DNA of 32,676 nucleotides, from positions 1 to 32,676 of the forward strand of contig CAZHVK010000016.1 of assembly GCA_964535955.1 (NCBI GenBank). Direction: 5' to 3'. This document shows positions 1 to 9,457 of the stretch, one piece after another; the first letter of the stretch is position 1; the number at the start of each line of letters is the position of its first letter. A program made the position numbers and the translations under genes. This DNA comes from an uncultured Methanosarcinales archaeon. Its GTDB lineage: Archaea > Nanobdellota > Nanobdellia > Woesearchaeales > CAXGTL01. Below the pieces are notes generated by a model. The model saw only the letters and a list, made by a program, of their open reading frames with translations, did no database searches and was not told where the DNA came from.

Positions 1-227
1 GTTTGAAATATGAATGGAAACTTTGTCTTGCTCCACAGAATACCATTTTCATCTTGTTCTAATTCTTTTTCTATATCTTTTGACCATACAGGATGTTGAA
101 AATCTCCTGTTCCTAATAATTGTAAACCTTTTATTCTTGCATACTTTTCTAAGTTCTGCAAAGTGATTTGTTTACTGCACGCCATTGCAAACCTGCTGTG
201 TATATGTAAGTCTGATATTATCTTCAT
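1..227 (-). CDS. Endonuclease Q family PHP-domain protein, 5' part (runs off the window edge)
   Basis: Manual translation (not in ORF track): MKIISDLHIHSRFAMACSKQITLQNLEKYARIKGLQLLGTGDFQHPVW...; DLHIHS and GTGDFxHP are hallmark motifs of the EndoQ/TIGR00375 family. Confidence 0.85.
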   Translation of the reverse strand, partial: MKIISDLHIHSRFAMACSKQITLQNLEKYARIKGLQLLGTGDFQHPVWSKDIEKELEQDENGILWSKTKFPFIFQ

Positions 228-322
228 TTTATATAACCAAGAACTAGGTAGTATAAAAAGATTGTTTATTACTGAGGGAATACTATTCATTTCATTACAC
301 AAATCCTTATAAACTACAATCC

Positions 323-538
323 ATGACATTATCTAAAATGGACAGAATATTACAACTAACATTAGAACACATAGCACAAGACAAGAAAGAACAAGGACAA
401 AAAAAGAATCAAATTCTTAGAGATAAATTAGACAAGGAAAAACACAAAAGATATACATCTAAACAAAAACTCAATTCTAGGAGAAATAATTACTCGCATA
501 ATTCACAACAGAAAAGATATATGGTCAAGAAACCCTAA
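323..538 (+). CDS. Small basic hypothetical protein (start may be ATG 338)
   Basis: 71-aa ORF with TATA-like CTTATAAA at about 306-313; no recognisable motif. Confidence 0.5.
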   Translation: MTLSKMDRILQLTLEHIAQDKKEQGQKKNQILRDKLDKEKHKRYTSKQKLNSRRNNYSHNSQQKRYMVKKP

Positions 539-591
539 AATATAATAGATTACACAAAACCTTATAAACTCTTTTTCTTTCCTTTGTTTTC

Positions 592-954
592 ATGAAAACA
601 AAACCAATTGCAATATTATTAATAATATTTTCAACTTTTATTACAGCTACTGCTCAGTTCTTTCTAAAGATAGGCGCTGATAAACTATCACCAAACATAA
701 TTCAAATAATCACAAACTATTCTTTAATAACAGGCTTAGTTTTGTATGCAATCGGAGCAGTTATCTTGATATTTGCATTGAAGAATGGTGAACTTAGTGT
801 TCTTTTTCCCATTTACTCAACAAGTTTTATTTGGGTAATTCTTATTTCATATTTTTATTTTCATGAAATAATCAATACATGGAAGATCTTAGGAATAATA
901 TTCATAATAGGTGGTGTTAGTTATATTGGAATTGGATCAAAGGTGAAATCATGA
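592..954 (+). CDS. Small DMT/EamA (SMR/ArnE-F-like) 4-TM transporter subunit
   Basis: 120 aa, four hydrophobic helices, AQFFLKIG, ALKNGELSVLFPI, FHEII...GIIFIIGGV. Confidence 0.85.
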   Translation: MKTKPIAILLIIFSTFITATAQFFLKIGADKLSPNIIQIITNYSLITGLVLYAIGAVILIFALKNGELSVLFPIYSTSFIWVILISYFYFHEIINTWKILGIIFIIGGVSYIGIGSKVKS

Positions 955-1298
955 ATCTGTTATTAGCATCAATTATTGTAATAATTGGAAACTTTATAGC
1001 CGCTTTTGGTAGTTTATTTCTTAAAAAAGGTTCTAAAGAGTTTTCATTAAACCCATTCAAACTAATCAAAAACTATCAGATAATTAGTGGAATTATGTTT
1101 TATGCAATTGCAGCAATCATGTTTATAATTGCATTAAAAAACAACCCATTATCAATATTATATCCATTAGTATCAACTCAGTATATATGGGTTGCTTTTT
1201 TCTCAGTAAAATTCTTAGGAGAAAGAATGAATTCTATGAAATGGATGGGTATTATAAGTATAATACTAGGCATTGTATGTATAGGAATTGGAAGCTAA
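951..1298 (+). CDS. Second small DMT/EamA subunit, likely heterodimer partner
   Basis: Paralogous to the preceding gene (LFLKKG, LSILYPL, FLGERM..KWMGI); ATGA overlap. Confidence 0.85.
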   Translation: MNLLLASIIVIIGNFIAAFGSLFLKKGSKEFSLNPFKLIKNYQIISGIMFYAIAAIMFIIALKNNPLSILYPLVSTQYIWVAFFSVKFLGERMNSMKWMGIISIILGIVCIGIGS

Positions 1299-1361
1299 AT
1301 TTACCATTAAATAGTGTCTAATACCACAACCTTTATATATTATCACTTATTAGTAATATAT

Positions 1362-1850
1362 ATGGACAAATACTTAATAAGCTTATTTATATGTATTTTC
1401 TTACTAGGCATTGTAACTAGTTCAGCATATAGTAATTTTGTCCCAGAAGGCTTAGAAACACCATATTCAGGGTTTTCAGCAGATGAAGTGATCTCTCCTT
1501 CAGACCATATTTCAGAAGAAAATATAATTGTTCTTGATGACAGAGTAATAATCAAAGTAAAGGATCCAAAATGGGCATCTTTTGTTGATACAAATTCAAT
1601 GGATCCAATAATAGATATAAATGCAAATAGTATAGAGATAAAGCCTACTCAAAACAACCAAATTCAGCCAGGAGACATCATCTCTTACCAATATAAAGAT
1701 GTTGGCTTAGTAATACATAGAGTCATAAAAATAGGGTTTGATGAAGATGGGTGGTATGCCATTACAAAAGGAGACAATAACCTATTCAGAGATCTTGACA
1801 AAGTAAGATTTAGTCAAATAAATGGTGTTGTGATAGGAGTGATCTATTAA
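1362..1850 (+). CDS. Signal peptidase I (S26, archaeal/ER Ser-His type)-like protein
   Basis: N-terminal TM, TNSMDP (catalytic Ser), GDIISY, VIHRV, TKGDNN; ATG 1362 lies about 30 bp after TTTATATA. Confidence 0.8.
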   Translation: MDKYLISLFICIFLLGIVTSSAYSNFVPEGLETPYSGFSADEVISPSDHISEENIIVLDDRVIIKVKDPKWASFVDTNSMDPIIDINANSIEIKPTQNNQIQPGDIISYQYKDVGLVIHRVIKIGFDEDGWYAITKGDNNLFRDLDKVRFSQINGVVIGVIY

Positions 1851-1851
1851 G

Positions 1852-2280
1852 ATGGACATTGTTGAGTTAACTAAAACATTATATGAAAAAGCTCTTACAA
1901 ATTATTATAAGGAAAAGAATAATGATAAGAAAGATGTAAGAATCAATGTTGATATTGTGCTTGATTCTAAGCTTAGTTCATCTGTATTTGCAATCATTGC
2001 TTACAAACAAGGTAAAGAAGTGGCACATTCAACTGGATTTATGCAGAAATTAAATGGAAATATTTGTTATTTTAGTACTGGAAAAAATGGTATTAGTTTA
2101 ATTGCTTCTGAAATTCTTGAACAAGGTGGTTATCTTATGGTTATTCCACCAAATTATGGAAACGGGGGACACAAAAACACCTACAGGATTGATTCTAAAG
2201 GTGTTGTTAGTAAGTATGATTTGGGGAAAAAGTGTTATACAGAATTAAAAAATAAAAAAAAGATACAAAAACAGAAATAA
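1852..2280 (+). CDS. Hypothetical protein
   Basis: 142-aa ORF starting 1 bp after the previous stop. Confidence 0.65.
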   Translation: MDIVELTKTLYEKALTNYYKEKNNDKKDVRINVDIVLDSKLSSSVFAIIAYKQGKEVAHSTGFMQKLNGNICYFSTGKNGISLIASEILEQGGYLMVIPPNYGNGGHKNTYRIDSKGVVSKYDLGKKCYTELKNKKKIQKQK

Positions 2281-2712
2281 TTACTCCTCTTCTTCTTTAC
2301 CACTTTTGTCAGAAACTTGTTTCTGATCATCATCAGAGCCCTGCTCTGAGATCTCTTCACCAGGTTCTTCTGTCTGTGGCTGTTTAGCTTCTTGTTCTTT
2401 ATCAAGGTCAGAGATCACTTCATCAACTTCTCTTACTTCTCCTTTATGTTCTTCTCCTTCATGCTCACCAGCACTTGCTTCTGTGATCAATTGATCTGTT
2501 TCAACATCTTTTATTCCTTTATCAACTTCCTTCATTTGTTCTGCTTCTGTTTGTGGTTTTGGTTCTAGCTCTGTTTTTTTTTCTTCTAAATCAGACATCT
2601 TTGATGTCATTTCTTCAACACCTTTGCCTAAAGCATTGATTTCTGTTTTTTCAACTTGTTCATCTTCATCAGATTCTTTGATTTCTTTAAATTTTAGTTT
2701 TTCTTCTTCCAT
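2281..2712 (-). CDS. Highly acidic, probably disordered hypothetical protein
   Basis: 143 aa, Glu-rich; AGGTGA Shine-Dalgarno-like site upstream. Confidence 0.7.
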   Translation of the reverse strand: MEEEKLKFKEIKESDEDEQVEKTEINALGKGVEEMTSKMSDLEEKKTELEPKPQTEAEQMKEVDKGIKDVETDQLITEASAGEHEGEEHKGEVREVDEVISDLDKEQEAKQPQTEEPGEEISEQGSDDDQKQVSDKSGKEEEE

Positions 2713-2789
2713 TTATTTTCACCTGCATTATTGTTTTTTTAATAAAAATGTTTTATTTTAATTAATATATTTTCTATGGTTTATAAACT

Positions 2790-3269
2790 TTACTTGTTTG
2801 TTTTATTCTTTTTCTCTTTAGCTTTTGCATCTCTAACCATGTCTGATGAACTTCTTGTCTTTTCTCCGCCAATATTAAACACCATTCTTATGCCTAGTTC
2901 ACCACAAACAGTGTATTCAGGAACATCATCATCTTCAAAAGAACCAGCTTTTTTCCTGTCACCACCATTTGCAAAAATATCAGGATGTAATTTTCTTAAT
3001 GCATCACAAACAGACATATCTTCAGGGTTTTCAGGATGTTCTGTAAGAATTGCATCATCAACACATTTTAATGCTTTTATTATCTCTACTCTATCATCTT
3101 GTGGCATAAAACAAAAACCTTTTTTCTTCATAAGCCAATTATCATTATTAATTATAACTACCAATCTATCACCTAATGCTTTTGCTTGCTCCATTAATCT
3201 AACATGCCCAAGATGTATTGGATCAAATCCTCCGCTTACAGTAACTGTGATTTGTTTTTGTTCTTCCAT
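2790..3269 (-). CDS. Cytidylyltransferase-family (HxGH) nucleotidyltransferase, RibL/TagD-like
   Basis: SGGFDPIHLGH, GDRLVV, RVEIIKALKCVD, PDIFANGGDR, SSS motif. Confidence 0.85.
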   Translation of the reverse strand: MEEQKQITVTVSGGFDPIHLGHVRLMEQAKALGDRLVVIINNDNWLMKKKGFCFMPQDDRVEIIKALKCVDDAILTEHPENPEDMSVCDALRKLHPDIFANGGDRKKAGSFEDDDVPEYTVCGELGIRMVFNIGGEKTRSSSDMVRDAKAKEKKNKTNK

Positions 3270-3370
3270 TTTCTATTCCTCCGATATTTAGTATAAATAT
3301 TTAAACCTGTACAATAAAATACGAGAATTAGACTCTAAATATAAAGATTTCTGTTGTTTTTTGGTGATTT

Positions 3371-3769
3371 TTATTCATACCTACTCTGTAACTCTACTTC
3401 ATATTCCTGAAAAGCTTGTTTGATTATTGGTGTTATCTTGTCTTCATTATTTATTGGCAATGAAATTGTTGCATGATGTACTTGTGCCATTAATATTGGT
3501 GTTGGGCATTCAATATGTTCTAATGATACTTTATATAATACATTATCTATGGATCCTTTTATGATATAATTTGTGTTTTCTTTTCTGTGTTCACCAAACA
3601 TTTCTTTTTCAAATGTGAATGTTCCTGTATCAAACTTTGTTTCTATACTAGATTTTAGTTTATCTAGTTTGTTAGTTACTGCTCCAACGTGTAATACTTT
3701 TACATCTATTCCTTTAACTTGTTTTGTAGGTTCTTGTCTAAAAATTGTATAATTGTCTTGTTCATCCAT
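3371..3769 (-). CDS. Hypothetical protein
   Basis: 132-aa ORF with TTTAAA box about 25 bp upstream. Confidence 0.65.
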   Translation of the reverse strand: MDEQDNYTIFRQEPTKQVKGIDVKVLHVGAVTNKLDKLKSSIETKFDTGTFTFEKEMFGEHRKENTNYIIKGSIDNVLYKVSLEHIECPTPILMAQVHHATISLPINNEDKITPIIKQAFQEYEVELQSRYE

Positions 3770-3820
3770 TGTAATAATAAGAATTTAGTGTAAATTTAAA
3801 AGCTTTATTGTGATACAGTA

Positions 3821-4684
3821 TTAAAATTGGCTTGACATTGTTAAATCTTTGAAAACTTGAAGTGCTGTTTGCCCAGACCTTATCAATGTAACAACAAACT
3901 CAAACGCAACATCATGAAAATTATTCTTAGCAGGATTGATCTGTATAATATTCTTACCAATACCACCAACATTATGGTCTCTGATTGTCTGTAACCATGC
4001 TAATTCAAATGCAAATGCTTTTGCTTCTTCTTTTCTCGGTGATAGCTTGCCACCTAAAACATGCCCTATTTCATGCCCAATTGTTATCATTACTTTATCA
4101 AGATCATCTTGTTTAACAAAGATTTCATTAGGATGGTTTTGTTTATTTCTGTTTAATGCAAAACCAACAATACCCTTATTCCATTTACCGCCAAACTTTT
4201 CATGAATCTTCATCATTTCATATTCTTCACAGATCCTTATTATAATATTATCAGGAATCTTTTCACCGAGTGTTTTTTGAAAGCATTCTTCTACCATTTC
4301 TTGAACTTCTGAAGCTTTGCCAACAAACATTGTAGGAAATCTGTAAGATGATAAAAAATTACCAGGATCAAAAAAATCAGAACAAACATTATTATTTATT
4401 TTACAAGGTGAATCATCAACAACAAGTTGCTGACTATACTGGCTCACAACATGTTCAGGTTGTCTTGACATGTACAAGTTAACCTTGTCACCAAGATCAG
4501 TACCATATCCACTTACACTTATATCACTAACCTTATTAGGTGAAAAAAAAACAGAATCATAAGAACCAAAATCCATTGGAATATAACCTGAAGACCCGGC
4601 TGAATTAGAACCCATAGATGAATATCCACAAGAGCTAGAACCTCCACCACAATTCGAACCTGTTCCTGACATTGATGAATACAT
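3821..4684 (-). CDS. HExxH zinc-metallopeptidase-like protein with Ser/Gly-rich N-terminus
   Basis: TIGHEIGH followed by EEAKAFAFE (third-ligand Glu); low-complexity N-terminal ~35 aa. Confidence 0.7.
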   Translation of the reverse strand: MYSSMSGTGSNCGGGSSSCGYSSMGSNSAGSSGYIPMDFGSYDSVFFSPNKVSDISVSGYGTDLGDKVNLYMSRQPEHVVSQYSQQLVVDDSPCKINNNVCSDFFDPGNFLSSYRFPTMFVGKASEVQEMVEECFQKTLGEKIPDNIIIRICEEYEMMKIHEKFGGKWNKGIVGFALNRNKQNHPNEIFVKQDDLDKVMITIGHEIGHVLGGKLSPRKEEAKAFAFELAWLQTIRDHNVGGIGKNIIQINPAKNNFHDVAFEFVVTLIRSGQTALQVFKDLTMSSQF

Positions 4685-4926
4685 TATTGTGTAACCTCTT
4701 GAGTATCATAATCTAAATTAACAAATTGCGCATAATGTCTAAAAACACTTTTAGGCATTGTTCTTTTTTTAAATAAATCAATTGCTTTTATTGGTTTTTG
4801 ATCTTGACCTAATACAAACAAATATCCAGCACCAGAGTTAGGTGATTTTGCAAAAACCTTATTATCATATATTCTTACTTCTTTACCAATATCTAATTCT
4901 GCAGATTTATATTCATCTTTTTTCAT
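4684..4926 (-). CDS. Small hypothetical protein
   Basis: 80 aa; overlaps both neighbours (ATGA and TAATG couplings). Confidence 0.7.
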   Translation of the reverse strand: MKKDEYKSAELDIGKEVRIYDNKVFAKSPNSGAGYLFVLGQDQKPIKAIDLFKKRTMPKSVFRHYAQFVNLDYDTQEVTQ

Positions 4927-5672
4927 TTTTTTCCACCTCCAGATGATGCTGATTTTCCACCATAACTAATTCCTGGTTTACTTCCACTTTTACCAGCACC
5001 AAGATAACCACTACCTAAACCTTTTCCACCATACAATGGTCCCATCTTATTACCATACATAGATCCAATCTTACCACCATACATTCCACCTAATGCTTTA
5101 TTTCCATACATTCCAGCATGTGCTTTGTTTCCATAAAGACCTTTATTCAAACTTTTAGAACCACCATACATAGGTGCTGATGCTCTGTCACCATAATTAC
5201 CTAACTTACCCACATTATTTCCTAAACTAATATTATACACAGCTTTAATACTAACACTATTAACAGGTGCTGATGCCTTGTCTCCAGGATTACCAAAACT
5301 AATATTATACATAGCTGTTATCTTAATATTATACATAGGTGACCCTACATTACCATAATTACCTAAACCTTTACTACCTACATAAGCACCAAGTTTACCA
5401 CCTAGACCACCTTTAGAATAGCTAGTACCACCAATTTGAGCATATTTAGGAAACTCAAGATCAGATATTTTCATCTGATTTGGGCTTTGTTCAGGCACTT
5501 CAAAATACTCTGATTCTTCATATGGTTTTTCAGGTTCTGATTCATCATCTTCTTGTTTTTCTAAATACTTTTTTCTTTTTTGTGACATTTGATCTACTAA
5601 TTCATCAAGAACTCCATTATTTTGGTTTTCCATATCAATTGCAGGGTTTTTAAAGTATGTCATTTTGATCAC
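4923..5672 (-). CDS. Gly/Tyr/Lys-rich low-complexity repeat protein (start may be ATG 5663)
   Basis: Charged N-terminal ~75 aa then (M/L)YG(N/G)K repeats; GGTGA upstream of ATG 5663. Confidence 0.75.
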   Translation of the reverse strand: MIKMTYFKNPAIDMENQNNGVLDELVDQMSQKRKKYLEKQEDDESEPEKPYEESEYFEVPEQSPNQMKISDLEFPKYAQIGGTSYSKGGLGGKLGAYVGSKGLGNYGNVGSPMYNIKITAMYNISFGNPGDKASAPVNSVSIKAVYNISLGNNVGKLGNYGDRASAPMYGGSKSLNKGLYGNKAHAGMYGNKALGGMYGGKIGSMYGNKMGPLYGGKGLGSGYLGAGKSGSKPGISYGGKSASSGGGKK

Positions 5673-5760
5673 CTATACTCTAGTAGGTAAACCAAGTTTA
5701 TAAAGAAAATTGGGTTGAATTGGCTAAAAGTGAGACATTTTTATCAGTTTTGTATAGTAT

Positions 5761-6972
5761 TCACTGCTTCTTCTTAACACCAATCTTTATCTTAAAATAC
5801 TTCTTTGGTATAAATAAATAAACAACAAACCAAGCACCAAGCAATATAGTACAAATAATACCAAACATGAATATTGCTTGTAATAATGTAAATGCATCAA
5901 TCATATAACCAAATACAGGACCAATTAAAGCAAAGCTAATTCTGTAGACCAAGCTTCTGATTGACAATACAGTTGCTCTTTTATCAGCAAATGTATATTC
6001 TAATATTGCATGGTTAAGTATTGGGTTAAGCAGACCTCTTACTAATTGGTGAAATAATATGAACAAAAACCCTAATTTGACTGCAAAGAATGGCAGTGTG
6101 AAGTATGGAATTATTATGAATAGTGATATGATTATCAGTGAATTGAATCTTCCAAATGTATTTTCAAACCTGTCACTAAGTGTTGAACCAAGTGCTGCAA
6201 AAATATTAAATATCACAAATATAAAACCAAATTGATAAACTTCCCACCCAGACATTATTAAAAAAGGCTGATAAACCCAAAACATGATGTGCGAACCAAA
6301 TGCTAAAGCTGTAAATACAACATACCATCTGATAAGTTTATGTTTTGAAACAAATTTAAAAGATTGAAAAATAAGCTCCCAGTATTTAGGTTTTTTTACT
6401 TGCATAAAATGTTGTGGTTCTTTAAACCAAAAACTAAATATAAAACAGCATGCCATTGGAATTGCACTGTAAATCATTGCATATCTTAATTTTATTGCAC
6501 CAATAAATGCTCCTATTAATGCACCTAGTCCTGCAAAAATCATTAACAATGCCTTTGCCCTTCCTTCATGCTTTTTAAATTCATTTTCTCTTTTTAATAT
6601 TTTCAATGTGTCAAATAATAATGCTGAGTCTGCTCCTGATATTAATGACAAACCCATTGCCCATGTAAGTTCTGCAATCATAAAATGATAAAATGAAAAA
6701 GCTGAACCATAAACTATTGCTCCTAAAACTAAAGATCCGCTTCCATATATCAAACTTTGTCTTCTTCCTATCTTGTCTGCAACAGCACCTGTTGGCACTT
6801 CTAACAAGACAATGCATATGGAAAAAAAAGACTGTAAGATCATGATCTGTGTAAAACTTAAACCATTTTCTTGTAAAAATAAAACAATGATCGGTGCAAA
6901 GAACAAGAGCTCTCTAAATGCATTAAATACATAATATTTCCAGATGTTTGATTTGTAGTCTGATGCTTTCAT
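5761..6972 (-). CDS. MFS transporter
   Basis: LEVPTGAVADKIGRR (MFS motif A), SGADSALLFD, about 12 TM segments. Confidence 0.92.
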   Translation of the reverse strand: MKASDYKSNIWKYYVFNAFRELLFFAPIIVLFLQENGLSFTQIMILQSFFSICIVLLEVPTGAVADKIGRRQSLIYGSGSLVLGAIVYGSAFSFYHFMIAELTWAMGLSLISGADSALLFDTLKILKRENEFKKHEGRAKALLMIFAGLGALIGAFIGAIKLRYAMIYSAIPMACCFIFSFWFKEPQHFMQVKKPKYWELIFQSFKFVSKHKLIRWYVVFTALAFGSHIMFWVYQPFLIMSGWEVYQFGFIFVIFNIFAALGSTLSDRFENTFGRFNSLIIISLFIIIPYFTLPFFAVKLGFLFILFHQLVRGLLNPILNHAILEYTFADKRATVLSIRSLVYRISFALIGPVFGYMIDAFTLLQAIFMFGIICTILLGAWFVVYLFIPKKYFKIKIGVKKKQ

Positions 6973-6974
6973 AA

Positions 6975-7109
6975 TTATTCTACTTTTGGCAGCTTCAACC
7001 TATTACCCCAATTCAAGTTTCTATCAAACCTTTTTTGTTGTCTTATGTCTTTGTTTCTGATAAATTTTTTTATTAAAAAACTTTGTTTCAGATTTTCTGT
7101 GAAATTCAA
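6975..7109 (-). CDS. Possible 44-aa basic small protein (TTG start)
   Basis: Manual translation MNFTENLKQSFLIKKFIRNKDIRQQKRFDRNLNWGNRLKLPKVE; fills the lrp-MFS gap almost exactly, with GGGGTGA SD just upstream. Confidence 0.4.
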   Translation of the reverse strand: MNFTENLKQSFLIKKFIRNKDIRQQKRFDRNLNWGNRLKLPKVE

Positions 7110-7113
7110 TTTA

Positions 7114-7560
7114 TCACCCCAGTTTTATATTTTCTTCTTTGATTGTGTTTAAGATAAGAATTGTTTGAGTTCTTTCAATGAAATCATATGTTTGTGTTTT
7201 TTTCAGAAATGCGTCTAATGATCTTCTTGACTTAAACTTAGCAATAACAATAGAATCAAAATCCCCTGTTATATCATATACTGCAAACACATTTGGATGT
7301 TTTGCTACTTTTTTCTCTATTTCAAACAATTTACCTTTAGAGATTCTCATCTTGATTATTACAGAAACATCATAACCAAGTTTTTCATAATTCAGTTTGT
7401 TTGTGTATTTTTCTATTATACCTTGTTTTTCTAATTGTTTTACTCTTTTCAGTATGGTGACTACTGATACACCGACTTTTTTAGCTATCTTTCTGTATGA
7501 AAGCTTAGAATTATCCAGCAAAACATTCAGTATTTTCTTATCTGTTTCATCTATTTTCAT
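7114..7560 (-). CDS. Lrp/AsnC family transcriptional regulator
   Basis: IDETDKKIL..L..NSKLSYRKIAKKVGVS HTH; VYDITGDFD RAM domain. Confidence 0.95.
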   Translation of the reverse strand: MKIDETDKKILNVLLDNSKLSYRKIAKKVGVSVVTILKRVKQLEKQGIIEKYTNKLNYEKLGYDVSVIIKMRISKGKLFEIEKKVAKHPNVFAVYDITGDFDSIVIAKFKSRRSLDAFLKKTQTYDFIERTQTILILNTIKEENIKLG

Positions 7561-7561
7561 G

Positions 7562-7678
7562 TTAACATATGTTAATTTTGTTAAAGTATTTTGTTATTTA
7601 GATTAACTAATATATAAACTTTTTGGTTATTTATTAACATTTGTTAACTAAAATGGGGAAAAGGTTAATATATGTAAA
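7562..7678. promoter_or_regulatory. Divergent lrp/lysE promoter with TTAACA-N2-TGTTAA palindromes (candidate Lrp operators)
   Basis: Palindromes with perfect 6-bp arms at 7562-7575 and 7634-7647, degenerate copy at 7665-7678; TATA boxes on both strands. Confidence 0.65.
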
Positions 7679-7702
7679 GTAGTTTACTACTTATTGATAA
7701 CA

Positions 7703-8311
7703 ATGCTAACACAAATAACAACAGGACTTGTACTTGGTCTGTCTTTGGCAATGCCAGTAGGACCAGGAAGTATTGAGATAATCAAAAAAGGCTTGAGCAA
7801 AGGTTTTATGTCAGCTTTATTAGTAGGCCTTGGTTGTCTTAGTGCTGACTTAGTCTATATTGCATTGGTTTACTTTGGATTAGCTAGTTTTGTAAAAATA
7901 ACTTTAGTAAAGATAATAATGTTATTATTAGGTGGACTAATTCTCATCTACATTGGTGTAAAAGGTTTTAAGAAAAATACCAAACTAGGAATGGCTGGGT
8001 TGGGTGAGAAAAGTTCATATTTGTCTGGATTCATGATAGCTGGTGTCAGTCCGTTCACAGCTTTGTTTTGGATAAGTGTGTTTGGATCAATGTTAAGTAC
8101 ATTTGTTTCACCAATTATTGTTTTAGTTGGCATTATTATTGGTATTTTGAGTTGGTTTGTTATTTTGTCTGGTTTGAGTTGTATTGGTAAGAAATTTGTT
8201 TCGCCGAGATTCCTCAAACTAATAACAGTAATCGGAAGTGTGTTTATAATTGGGTTTGGTGTTAGGTTTTTAGTTTTAGGTTTTACAGAAATGTTAAGAT
8301 TTATATATTAA
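7703..8311 (+). CDS. LysE/RhtB family amino acid exporter
   Basis: GLSLAMPVGP, GL..G...AD, SYLSGF...SP..ALFW; divergent from lrp. Confidence 0.9.
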   Translation: MLTQITTGLVLGLSLAMPVGPGSIEIIKKGLSKGFMSALLVGLGCLSADLVYIALVYFGLASFVKITLVKIIMLLLGGLILIYIGVKGFKKNTKLGMAGLGEKSSYLSGFMIAGVSPFTALFWISVFGSMLSTFVSPIIVLVGIIIGILSWFVILSGLSCIGKKFVSPRFLKLITVIGSVFIIGFGVRFLVLGFTEMLRFIY

Positions 8312-8329
8312 TCTTAGTTACTTTTGTTT

Positions 8330-9397
8330 ATGATCAAACAAAAAGAACAAAACACAGAATTTTACACACTAGAAACAGACAAACCAGGTAAAAGACCAGG
8401 CTTTTACAATCCTGTGATGAAGTTTAACAGAGACATCAGTATATTGTTATTAAAAGCAATAGGTAGAAAGAACCTCAACATAGCACTGCCATTAGCAGCA
8501 ACAGGCATAAGAGGACTTAGATTCTTCAATGAATTGAATGAATTAGTGGAAATGATAAATTTTAATGATAAAGATGAACAAGCTGTAAAATTAATTAAAA
8601 AAAACCTAGAACTAAACAAAATCCCAGAAAACAAATACACAATCAGTAACAAAGAAGCAGACCAATTCATCTTAGACCAAACAGGTTTAGATTATATTGA
8701 CATAGATCCATACGGATCTCCACTCAAATTCTTAGAAACAGCAATCAAAAGAATGAAATCTGAATCAATAATAGCAATAACTGCAACTGATTTAGCAGCA
8801 CTAACATCAAACACAAAATCATGCAAAAGAAAATATGATGCAATACCTTGCAATAATGAACAAAGACATGAACTTGGAATCAGAATCTTGATAAGAAAAG
8901 CACAACTAGCAGCAACATTATATGAAAAAGCATTAATACCAATACTTTGCTTTTACAAAGACCACTATTATAGATGTTTTTTTAAGGTTATAATAAATAG
9001 AAAAAGTGTGTGTAATGAATTATTACAACAACACAAGTATTTTCTTTATTGTGACAAGTGTTTACAAAGAAAAACCAGAAATCTAAATAATGAAACATGC
9101 AAATGTGGATCACCTTTTACTTATTTTGGTAAAATGTTTTGTGGTAGTCTTTTTGATCATGAATTAGTTAAGAAAATGCATTTAATAAATAAGAACAATG
9201 AATTGATTGATTTTCTGCAATTAATATTAGAAGAAAGTAGGTGGAATGTTGTAGGGTTCTATGATATGAAAACAATAAATAAAGTGTTTAAACTGCAAGG
9301 TGTTAAGATGAATAGCCTTATCAAATTGAACAAAGGAATTAGAACACATTTTTCTGTTTCTGGTTTTCGGGCTGAGAATTTCACGATAAACAAATAG
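8330..9397 (+). CDS. trm1: tRNA (guanine26-N2)-dimethyltransferase
   Basis: FYNPVMKFNRDIS, AATGIRGLR, IDIDPYGSP, TATD, HELGIRIL, DHYYR, Zn ribbon, RTHFS. Confidence 0.92.
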   Translation: MIKQKEQNTEFYTLETDKPGKRPGFYNPVMKFNRDISILLLKAIGRKNLNIALPLAATGIRGLRFFNELNELVEMINFNDKDEQAVKLIKKNLELNKIPENKYTISNKEADQFILDQTGLDYIDIDPYGSPLKFLETAIKRMKSESIIAITATDLAALTSNTKSCKRKYDAIPCNNEQRHELGIRILIRKAQLAATLYEKALIPILCFYKDHYYRCFFKVIINRKSVCNELLQQHKYFLYCDKCLQRKTRNLNNETCKCGSPFTYFGKMFCGSLFDHELVKKMHLINKNNELIDFLQLILEESRWNVVGFYDMKTINKVFKLQGVKMNSLIKLNKGIRTHFSVSGFRAENFTINK

Positions 9398-9457
9398 AAT
9401 ATTTTATAAATTAGGTTGTATTCTCTCTAACCATCAAAACTATAAAGGTGATATAAC

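Noticed and set aside
2281..2712. Internal repeats in the acidic protein as a DNA-mimic or repeat system
   Set aside because: Only weak similarity (PQTE twice); explained by low complexity.
2776..3291. 171-aa plus-strand ORF and the many similar antisense ORFs in the track (e.g. 3936-4205, 10045-10416, 22568-22912, 29099-29413)
   Set aside because: They are shadows of well-supported genes on the opposite strand and have no motifs.
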